Assembly: GCA_963662795.1 (NCBI GenBank)
Contig: OY759746.1
Coordinates: 3,520,001-3,584,000, forward strand
Direction of reading: 5' to 3'
Length of the DNA: 64,000 nt
From: Spirochaetia bacterium
GTDB lineage: Bacteria > Spirochaetota > Spirochaetia > CADAEX01
Part shown: in pieces, positions 40,677 to 48,591 of the stretch
Layout of the letters: the number at the start of each line of letters is the position of its first letter
Numbering within the stretch: position 1 is the stretch's first letter
Program-made: the position numbers and the translations under genes
Notes under the pieces: model-generated
Databases searched by the model: none
Seen by the model: only the letters and a program-made list of their open reading frames with translations
What the model was told of the DNA's origin: nothing

Positions 40677-41435
40677 TTATATTTTAACACCACATCTTCC
40701 GGTATAGTCAATACGGTCAAGGAAAAGAGTATTTTCACTGCCGGAAAAATATTCAAGGACGGCCTTTCTCGCACCGGTAAAATGACCAAAATCATCAATA
40801 GTCAGAATACCCCTTTTTACCAATAATGGAAACAACACTTCCAGTTCTTTTTTTGTAGATTCGTACCAGTCAGTATCAAGCCTCAAAAGAGCGATTGGCC
40901 CCGGACTGCCGCCTCTTTTATCAAGAACTGTGCAGACATCACCGCATTTAAATTCAATCAGCTGCAAAGGATAACCTGTCGAATACATGTTTTCCATTAC
41001 CTCATCCAAACCTGCAGACCAGAGGTGTTCTCCGTTTTTCGTCCTGCTTTTAATCCACCTTTGAAGCATATTAGCTCCAGTCCAGGCTACACAGTCATAT
41101 TCACCAGGTTCGGTCATCCCGGCAAATGTGTCATAAAGAAATATTTTCCTGTCCCTTATACCGAATTCAAGCAGTGTTAATGCAATAAGCATGCAGGAAC
41201 CGCCTTTCCAGACACCGCATTCGACAAAATCCCCTTCAATGTCATTTTTTATAATGTATTCTACAGATTTATAAATATTGTATCCGCGCTCAACAGATAT
41301 CATTGTAAATTTATTAACTTTTTCCCATAAATGAAAAAATTCTTTTTCCATATCGCTGCGGTACTGAGAAGGATGAATAACCCCATATCCTTTTTTTTCA
41401 AGCAGCGAAACTGCTTTTTTAATTAAAAATTTCAA
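40677..41435 (-). CDS. TylF/MycF/NovP-family O-methyltransferase
   Basis: IEGDFVECGVWKGGS, YDTFAGM, LRLDTDWYEST and IDDFG. Confidence 0.9.
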   Translation of the reverse strand: MKFLIKKAVSLLEKKGYGVIHPSQYRSDMEKEFFHLWEKVNKFTMISVERGYNIYKSVEYIIKNDIEGDFVECGVWKGGSCMLIALTLLEFGIRDRKIFLYDTFAGMTEPGEYDCVAWTGANMLQRWIKSRTKNGEHLWSAGLDEVMENMYSTGYPLQLIEFKCGDVCTVLDKRGGSPGPIALLRLDTDWYESTKKELEVLFPLLVKRGILTIDDFGHFTGARKAVLEYFSGSENTLFLDRIDYTGRCGVKI

Positions 41436-41483
41436 TTTATCCCCTTTTTGTTTGCCGGACTTTTATGCTGAGACTGGATTTAT

Positions 41484-43550
41484 TTACGAAATCAGTCTAA
41501 GAAAAGCTTCTTCAGTAATTATCTCTATGTTAAGCTTCAAAGCTTTATCATATTTTGAACCGGGCGATGCTCCGCACAGAAGATGAGTTGTTTTTCCACT
41601 GACCTGACTTACAACACTGCCTCCCCTTTTTTTTATTATTTCTTCAGCAATGCTTCGCGGAGCAAAATTTTCAAAACTGCCGGTAACACACCAGGATTGA
41701 CCTTTAAATATCTGTTCTTCGCTGTTTTCTGTCTTAATATCTTCAAACATGGAAAGGCCGCAATCTGCAAGTCTTTCAATTGCAGTAATTGTTTCTTTAT
41801 CATTGAAATATCTGAAAAAGGATTCCGCAGTCTTTACTCCGATACCGTTTATTGCAAGCAGAAGTTCGCTGCTTCGCTTTTGAGCAAGTTCAAGTATTTT
41901 TCCAATTGAATTATATCCGGATTCGATCAGCAGATCACATACTTTCGGTCCTATATCAGGAATGCCGATTGATGAAAGAACTGTTCTGAAGGGCCTTTTT
42001 TTGCTTTTTTCTATTCCTGCCTTTATCAGGTTAATCTTTTTGGGTCCGTATCCGTCATATTTCTGAAGCTGATCCATATCTTTTTCATAAATATCATAAA
42101 AATCAGTTACAATTTTTTCTCTTGCAAGCAGTTCGATTGTCTCACTTCCCAAATTTTCAATATCCATCTGGTCTCTTGATGCAAAAAAAAGAATCCGCCC
42201 CTTAACCCTTTCCGGACATATTTTATTTCTGCAAAAACTGTGTGCCCCTTCTGCTTCAAGCCGTGTACCGCAGAATGGGCAGTTTTCAGGCATTTTCCAG
42301 ACGCCGGCGCCTTTGGTGTTCTTTTCTGCAACATTTTCAACGGCAGGAATTACATCGCCTCTTTTGGAAACAGTAACCCGGTCTCCGGGAGCGAGTTTCA
42401 GAAAATTGATATAATCCTGATTGTGCAGCGTTACATTGGAAACGACAGATCCTGATATTTCAACCGGTTCAATCCTTGCCACAGGTGTTGCCCTGCCTGT
42501 TCTGCCTATCTGAAGATCAATGGACTTAACAACAGACTCGGCTTCTGATGATTCAAATTTATACGCTATGGCCCATCTCGGATGATGTCCCGTATAACCC
42601 AGTTCGCTGCGCGCTTTTAAATTGTTTAATTTTACAACAAGGCCGTCAATTTCGTAATCAAGTGATTCTCTTTCATGGACAGCTGTTTTTATATAAGCGT
42701 TGATTTCAGATATATCACCTGTTGGAAAGTTTTCAGAAGTTTCTTTTCTTTTTAATTCAGATGAAGTAAATGCCTTTACCCGTTTATTTACCCTGAATCC
42801 AAGTTCCTGAAGTTTAAGCAGTATCTCATGATAATTATTCAATGAATCGTTATAAAAAAACCCTTCATATACAAAAATATTCAAAGGAACTTTCTTCACT
42901 TCCGAGCTTTTCAGCCGTCTGATAGTTCCTGCCGCGAGATTCCGCGGATTTGCATATCTCACCTCAAGTAAATCATTTATCTCATTAAAATTTTTCAAAG
43001 GAAGATAAATCTCACCTCTTACGGCAGCATCCAGAGGTTCGCTCAGTTTCAGAGGGACTGAGCCTATTGTCATAACATTATTGGTAACATCATTGCCGGT
43101 TTCGCCGTTACCTCGCGTCACAGCCTTTTTTAATATTCCTTTTTCGTAGTAAAGAACTATGGATATACCGTCAATTTTCTCTTCAATAGTTATGACAGTT
43201 TCAATGCCTGTGGTTTTTTTTAGTTTTTCTATCCATTTATCCAGTTCTTCAACTGAATAAACCTTGTCGAGGCTGAGAACAGGTATTGTATGTTTTACTT
43301 CAGGCAGTTCAGAAGATATATCTGACCCTATGCGTTTAACAGGGGAGTTTTCGCTGGCGTACGAGGGGTGTTTTTTTTCAAGACAGACAAGCCTGTCAAA
43401 CAGGGAATCATAGATCCGGTCTGATACTGTCGGACGGTTTAAAACATAATACTCATATTGATATCGAAGAAGTTTATCAGCAAGAGATTTTATTTCGTCA
43501 ATTTCTGCTTTTCCGTCACCATCAGAAAAAAGTTCTATCTGTTTACTCAC
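41484..43550 (-). CDS. ligA: NAD-dependent DNA ligase
   Basis: EKIDG adenylation motif, TRGNG..G.DVT, NPRNLAAG, PRWAIAYKF, Zn finger and BRCT. Confidence 0.97.
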   Translation of the reverse strand: MSKQIELFSDGDGKAEIDEIKSLADKLLRYQYEYYVLNRPTVSDRIYDSLFDRLVCLEKKHPSYASENSPVKRIGSDISSELPEVKHTIPVLSLDKVYSVEELDKWIEKLKKTTGIETVITIEEKIDGISIVLYYEKGILKKAVTRGNGETGNDVTNNVMTIGSVPLKLSEPLDAAVRGEIYLPLKNFNEINDLLEVRYANPRNLAAGTIRRLKSSEVKKVPLNIFVYEGFFYNDSLNNYHEILLKLQELGFRVNKRVKAFTSSELKRKETSENFPTGDISEINAYIKTAVHERESLDYEIDGLVVKLNNLKARSELGYTGHHPRWAIAYKFESSEAESVVKSIDLQIGRTGRATPVARIEPVEISGSVVSNVTLHNQDYINFLKLAPGDRVTVSKRGDVIPAVENVAEKNTKGAGVWKMPENCPFCGTRLEAEGAHSFCRNKICPERVKGRILFFASRDQMDIENLGSETIELLAREKIVTDFYDIYEKDMDQLQKYDGYGPKKINLIKAGIEKSKKRPFRTVLSSIGIPDIGPKVCDLLIESGYNSIGKILELAQKRSSELLLAINGIGVKTAESFFRYFNDKETITAIERLADCGLSMFEDIKTENSEEQIFKGQSWCVTGSFENFAPRSIAEEIIKKRGGSVVSQVSGKTTHLLCGASPGSKYDKALKLNIEIITEEAFLRLIS

Positions 43551-44640
43551 CCTGTTTTATAAAAGCGTCTTTAAAACCCCTTTTCTGAAGATTATAAAGC
43601 GCCGCACCCTTTTCATCATTATTAAAAGGGCCTGCAAGCAACCTGTAGATACCCTTTGATCTATCATAATATATCAGCGAAGGGTAATCAATATTTACTG
43701 ATTCAAGCCTGCGTTTTGCCAGTTCATAATCGCTGAATGCAGCAAGCTGCAGATATGGTTTTTTCTCGAGTTTTTCAGTATATCCGGTATTGCTCAATCC
43801 GGCATTGCCAGACGGTTCAGGAGTTTCAAATGTTTTTCTGGCAAGTTCATCAAATTCCCCTTCTGTTGTCCGCGGGAGATATTTCCCGTTACCGGAGACC
43901 TCTTCTGCATCTGAAACCGGAGGTTTGGGAGAAGCCGGGGATAAAACATATTTTTTCTCAAAATCCGTCTTTTCAAGTTCAGCTTTTTTACTTTCTACAT
44001 TTTCAGGAGATACTGACAAAATTTCATCAGCCTCTTTTTCTTCACTTTCTGGAGGAGCTGTATCTGAAGATATTAGAGCTGTGTCGGCAATTATATACTC
44101 AACAACTGGAAGGTCAGGTGAACTTTCAGTTCCATCTGTCTCTACTGCCGTTTCATCAGTTACCGCAGGAACTTCCGGAACATCTGTTTCCTCATATACA
44201 ATCACACCGCTTTCCTTTTTAATCTCTTCAGGCAGGACAGGAGTTTCAACTGCTGCAGGATTGTTGTCAGGGTCCTTGCCGGAAACCTTTTCGTTCATAC
44301 GGGAAAGTTTTACTTCCTTAACAATCTTCACCCTGACCGAAATAATTTCATCCTGTTTGATATCAAGGGTTTCAGAAGCATCTTTTGAAAGCAGCAGAAA
44401 AAGGTTTTTATCGCTTAAAGAATTTACAATGATAATTTCAGCGCTTTTTTTGGCTTTTGGATTTTCTACAGTAATAATCGTATTTACAGGAAAAGAATTT
44501 GAAGCCCCGTATAATCCTTTTATCGGGAATTCACCATACCTGCTCATTGCAGCAGAGCCTTCCCACATAGTTTCAGCAAAAACAGCTGAAAAAGATATCA
44601 GTAAAAGCAGTGTTGCTGTAAATATTTTTTTATAATCCAT
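43543..44640 (-). CDS. exported RlpA-like DPBB + acidic linker + SPOR-domain protein
   Basis: Signal peptide, EGSA...ASNSFPVNT.I.VEN, an E/P-rich linker, and SPOR YLQLAAF...YRLLAGPF...GFKDAF. Confidence 0.8.
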   Translation of the reverse strand: MDYKKIFTATLLLLISFSAVFAETMWEGSAAMSRYGEFPIKGLYGASNSFPVNTIITVENPKAKKSAEIIIVNSLSDKNLFLLLSKDASETLDIKQDEIISVRVKIVKEVKLSRMNEKVSGKDPDNNPAAVETPVLPEEIKKESGVIVYEETDVPEVPAVTDETAVETDGTESSPDLPVVEYIIADTALISSDTAPPESEEKEADEILSVSPENVESKKAELEKTDFEKKYVLSPASPKPPVSDAEEVSGNGKYLPRTTEGEFDELARKTFETPEPSGNAGLSNTGYTEKLEKKPYLQLAAFSDYELAKRRLESVNIDYPSLIYYDRSKGIYRLLAGPFNNDEKGAALYNLQKRGFKDAFIKQGE

Positions 44641-44691
44641 AATAAACTCCCGTTTTATATCCCGCAGCTGCTACAGTAATTCTGATAAATT

Positions 44692-45180
44692 TCAGAAACA
44701 GTGTTTTACGACATCATTACCCAGATACTGTCCTACGCTGAATAATTTTTCCTCGACATAGAATTCGCTGCTTTTGTAAATATCATTAAAATCATATTTA
44801 CCTGAATAAATTATATTATCTGTAGATAAATTATAAACCTTATATTCGCCTGCAGTAATAAAAACATCACTGTTTGTTATTCTGCAGTTAAGCACAGCAG
44901 ATACAAGTATTCCTGCTCCGCCTGATTTTGCAAGCTGATTGAGTTTTTCAAACTCTATTATCTGATTTGCACCGGAATTTCCTGAAAAAACAATATGTCC
45001 GCTTTCAAATAATATATCCATAATTCCATTTTCAATACTGTTTATCCATATCTTGCTGTCATCATTTAATTCTTTTTCAATTACAAATTCACCTTTATCA
45101 ATATATACAAAAACAGTTTCAGCATTCAGAAGAAACATTGCATTAGCCAGAACAAGCAGGAAAATCAGTTTTTTCAGCAT
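44692..45180 (-). CDS. hypothetical exported protein
   Basis: Signal peptide, SD AGGTG, and IENGIMDILFESGHIV alpha/beta fold. Confidence 0.65.
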   Translation of the reverse strand: MLKKLIFLLVLANAMFLLNAETVFVYIDKGEFVIEKELNDDSKIWINSIENGIMDILFESGHIVFSGNSGANQIIEFEKLNQLAKSGGAGILVSAVLNCRITNSDVFITAGEYKVYNLSTDNIIYSGKYDFNDIYKSSEFYVEEKLFSVGQYLGNDVVKHCF

Positions 45181-45198
45181 TTTTACACCTTTTATTTA

Positions 45199-45226
45199 TT
45201 ATCGGCGGGAAAGAGCCGTATTTTGA
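45199..45226 (-). promoter_or_regulatory. sigma28 (FliA)-type promoter
   Basis: TCAA-16nt-GCCGATAA on the minus strand, with a perfect -10 octamer 18 nt before the ATG at 45180. Confidence 0.6.
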
Positions 45227-45256
45227 TAAGTTAAATTTAAAGAATTACAATAAATC

Positions 45257-45285
45257 TTGAAGATATTACCGAGAAATGATAAATT
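45257..45285 (+). promoter_or_regulatory. sigma70 promoter of the loaP operon
   Basis: TTGAAG-17nt-TAAATT with an extended -10 TG. Confidence 0.5.
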
Positions 45286-45304
45286 TCGTTTCAGTAATGT
45301 ATTT

Positions 45305-45377
45305 GCAGCTGGTAAAACTGGTATTTTTTTCTTTTACCATTAACTTCAGGTATATTCGACAGTTACCTGATAACTGC
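45305..45377 (+). promoter_or_regulatory. structured 5' leader of loaP (candidate cis-regulatory RNA)
   Basis: Inverted repeats TGGTAAAA/TTTTACCA, TCAGGTA/TACCTGA and CAGTTA/TAACTG, with a closing GCAG/CTGC pair. Confidence 0.45.
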
Positions 45378-45414
45378 CAATTATTTACAGAATCCGGAGT
45401 TAAAATATCACCAG

Positions 45415-45951
45415 ATGGATTATTATGTAATACAGGTATTAACAGGAAAAGAAGAACTTTTTCTTAAAATGGCAGAAATGCAGCTTTTCCACGAAAATAT
45501 TTCTTTTTTCTGGCTCAGAAAGGAATTATTTATTAAAAAACACGGAATAAACAAAAAGACTGTCACCTCCATTTTTCCAGGTTATATCTTTGCAGAAACA
45601 GAAGGGATAAGCTATAAAAAATATAAAACAATAAAAAGTCTGCCCGGATTTATCCGTTTTCTTGAAAACAATCTTGACATTAGACCTCTGCCGGTTGAGG
45701 ATAAAAAACTTGTTTTCAAGCTACACTCAGGAGGTGCTGTTGCAGGTATTTCCAAAGTTTTTTTCAATGCTGATGATAAAATCAAGGTTGTCGAAGGGCC
45801 TATGAAAGGACTTGAAGGTTTGATAATTAAAGTTGATAAAAGGAAAAAACGTGCTAAAATCAGGCTTAATCTCTACGAAGATTCTTTTATGATTGATTTC
45901 GGATTTGAATTACTTGAACATAACCCTGATATAAGTGAAAAAAACAAATGA
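45415..45951 (+). CDS. loaP: NusG paralog, LoaP-type antiterminator
   Basis: YYVIQVLTGKEE, IFPGYIF NGN domain, KOW GPMKGLEG and the basic IKVDKRKKRAKI motif typical of LoaP. Confidence 0.85.
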   Translation: MDYYVIQVLTGKEELFLKMAEMQLFHENISFFWLRKELFIKKHGINKKTVTSIFPGYIFAETEGISYKKYKTIKSLPGFIRFLENNLDIRPLPVEDKKLVFKLHSGGAVAGISKVFFNADDKIKVVEGPMKGLEGLIIKVDKRKKRAKIRLNLYEDSFMIDFGFELLEHNPDISEKNK

Positions 45952-47414
45952 AAAACAAGATAGCAATTATCGGATTCGGAGAAGCAGGCAGGTCTCTCTG
46001 CCTTGAGATACAAAAAAAGGGGATTGCCGGAGATATTGTATGTTTTGTTGATGACAACAAGGCAAAAATAGGTCAGGAATTTGAAAACATAATTATTGAA
46101 GGGCCAATCTCGGATATTCAGAGAATCCAGAAAAAACACAAGGCAGATGAAGCCCTGATCGCAATTCCAAGCGCATCCCGAAAAAGAATCAAAGAAGTGT
46201 ATGCCCTTCTTCAGAAAGGTAATTTTAAAAGGATACTGATACTTCCGGGGATATCACAGATTCTTGACGGAAGCGCGCACCTTATACAGGCAAGAGAAAT
46301 ATCCACCCTTGATATACTCGGGAGAAATCCGGTTGTAATTCCCCTGAAAAAGACACTTGAGTACCTGAGAGATACAAGGGTACTGATTACCGGAGCAGGC
46401 GGCAGTATAGGCAGCGAGCTTGCAAGACAGCTGCTTTCCGCCGGTGCTTCAAGGCTTTACCTGTTTGGTCACGGAGAAAACAGCATCTATGAAACTGAAA
46501 AAGAACTCAGGCTGCTGCAGAAAGAGGGGGTCGGGGAAAAGGCCACAATAATCCCGATAGTCGGAGAACTTCAGGATAAGGAGTTTACCCATTTTATTCT
46601 CGACCGGGTAAAGGCTGATGTTATTTTTCATTGTGCGGCATACAAGCATGTACCCATGATGGAAGTCAATCCTGTCCAGGCCGTAAAAAACAATGTGTTT
46701 GGAACAAAAAACCTTGTAGAAGCGGCTGAAAAGGCAAATGTTCATAAGTTCATACTGATTTCCACAGACAAGGCCGTTGAACCTATCGGCATTTACGGGG
46801 CAACAAAACTCATCTGCGAGGATATTGTTCTTTCCCGGAAAAACACAAAGACCGATTTTATGGTGGTAAGATTCGGGAATGTACTTGGATCGAGGGGAAG
46901 TATTCTGCCTCTTTTCAAGGACCAGATACTGAGCGGCGGCCCTCTGACAATAACTCATCCGCAGATAATGAGATTTTTCATGACAATACCGGAAGCAGTA
47001 TCGCTGGTACTTAAGACCGCCGATTTTGGAAAATCAGGCAGCCTTTATATACTTGACATGGGAGATCCAATTTTAATAAAGGATATAGCAGAGCAGATGA
47101 TAAGATTCTACGGACTTGAACCTGATGTAGATATAGAGATTATATATACTGGGATAAGACCTGGAGAAAAGTTCATGGAAAAGCTCTGGAGGGAAGATGA
47201 AAAAATTCAGCAGACCGAAACACAGAGAGTCAACATCTTGATTGAAAGGAAAAGCCTTGAGGAAAGACTCGATAAACTGCTTTCTGAAATATACCCTATC
47301 TGTTATTTTGCCGGCAGAATGGCAAATAAATACAGGAACAGACACCTTCTCCGTAAAATACTAAAAAAATATATACCAACAATTGAAAGGCCTGAAAATG
47401 AACCAGAATACTGA
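45948..47414 (+). CDS. UDP-GlcNAc 4,6-dehydratase (CapD/PglF-like, no TM domain)
   Basis: TGAGGSIGSEL, AAYKHVP, ISTDKAV, YGATK, RFGNVLGSRGS and GIRPGEK. Confidence 0.92.
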   Translation: MKNKIAIIGFGEAGRSLCLEIQKKGIAGDIVCFVDDNKAKIGQEFENIIIEGPISDIQRIQKKHKADEALIAIPSASRKRIKEVYALLQKGNFKRILILPGISQILDGSAHLIQAREISTLDILGRNPVVIPLKKTLEYLRDTRVLITGAGGSIGSELARQLLSAGASRLYLFGHGENSIYETEKELRLLQKEGVGEKATIIPIVGELQDKEFTHFILDRVKADVIFHCAAYKHVPMMEVNPVQAVKNNVFGTKNLVEAAEKANVHKFILISTDKAVEPIGIYGATKLICEDIVLSRKNTKTDFMVVRFGNVLGSRGSILPLFKDQILSGGPLTITHPQIMRFFMTIPEAVSLVLKTADFGKSGSLYILDMGDPILIKDIAEQMIRFYGLEPDVDIEIIYTGIRPGEKFMEKLWREDEKIQQTETQRVNILIERKSLEERLDKLLSEIYPICYFAGRMANKYRNRHLLRKILKKYIPTIERPENEPEY

Positions 47415-48579
47415 AACAATTGAACAGATCCCTTTTGCACTTCCATCTATCGGACAGGAGGAGGAAGATGCAGTAGTTAAAGTTCTTAGAAGCAAATGGC
47501 TTACCACAGGAAAAGTTACAGAACAATTTGAAAAGGAATTCAGCTTAAGAACAGGAGCCGGTTATTCAGTATCTGTAAATTCAGCGACAGCCGGGCTCCA
47601 CCTGGTCCTTGATGCACTTGATATGGAACGGGGGACTTACGTTATTACAACCCCATATACATTTACAGCCACCGCCGAGGTTATACGGTATCTCAACCTT
47701 CATCCTCTCTTCATAGATATAGCAGAAGAAGATTATAATATTGATCCAATACTCATTGATGATGCCATAAAAAAATCCGGAAAAAAAATCTCTTCAATTC
47801 TACCTGTCCATATTGCAGGTCACCTCTGCAGAATGGATGAAATTATGGATATTTCACGCAAATATGATATACCTGTAATTGAAGACGCTGCCCATGCCTT
47901 TCCTGTCTGCGATAACGGAAAATACGCCGGGACTTACGGAGAAGCGGGGGTATTTTCATTCTACGCGACAAAAACTATCACAACCGGAGAAGGCGGCATG
48001 GTTGTGACAAGCAGCGACAGAATAGCGCAGCACATGAAAAAAATGAGACTGCACGGCATAGATAAAGCTTCATGGGACAGAAACAAATCAAACGACAACA
48101 ACTGGTATTATGAGGTTAAAACTCCCGGTTTTAAATATAACCTGACAGATATGGCAAGCGCCATAGGGATAGAACAGCTGAAAAAGGCAGATACCTTCAA
48201 TGCCAGAAGAACTGAAATAGCTTCAAAATACAACAAGGCTTTTTCCGGTTATGATTTTATTACGCTGCCACCTTCATCAAGCAGCCATTGCTGGCATTTA
48301 TATATCATCAGGCTTAATGAGAAAAAACTGAAAATTACAAGAGATGAGTTTATTAAAAAATTACTGATGAGAGGGATTAATACCTCAGTCCATTTTATCC
48401 CGCTCCATTTAATGCCTTATTATAAAAATGCTTACGGTCTTAAACCTGATGATTATCCAAGATCAATGGTAAAATATCTCTCATCGCTGAGTCTGCCCAT
48501 TTATCCGGGTCTTGAGGATTACCAGGTTGAAAGGATAATCAGCAATGTAATTGATATTGGAACCGGGAATTACTGTTGA
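47398..48579 (+). CDS. DegT/DnrJ/EryC1/StrS sugar aminotransferase
   Basis: SATAGLHL, EDAAHA, and SFYATKTITTGEGG with the PLP Lys retained. Likely ATG at 47398. Confidence 0.93.
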   Translation: MNQNTETIEQIPFALPSIGQEEEDAVVKVLRSKWLTTGKVTEQFEKEFSLRTGAGYSVSVNSATAGLHLVLDALDMERGTYVITTPYTFTATAEVIRYLNLHPLFIDIAEEDYNIDPILIDDAIKKSGKKISSILPVHIAGHLCRMDEIMDISRKYDIPVIEDAAHAFPVCDNGKYAGTYGEAGVFSFYATKTITTGEGGMVVTSSDRIAQHMKKMRLHGIDKASWDRNKSNDNNWYYEVKTPGFKYNLTDMASAIGIEQLKKADTFNARRTEIASKYNKAFSGYDFITLPPSSSSHCWHLYIIRLNEKKLKITRDEFIKKLLMRGINTSVHFIPLHLMPYYKNAYGLKPDDYPRSMVKYLSSLSLPIYPGLEDYQVERIISNVIDIGTGNYC

Positions 48580-48591
48580 TGGAGGATCATT

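Noticed and set aside
43790-44635. 281-aa antisense ORF over the SPOR gene
   Set aside because: Ser-rich shadow of the Glu/Asp-rich linker codons; no motifs.
45276-45467. 63-aa ORF overlapping the loaP leader (possible leader peptide)
   Set aside because: Its ATG lies within the predicted promoter, upstream of the expected TSS, and it overlaps loaP out of frame.
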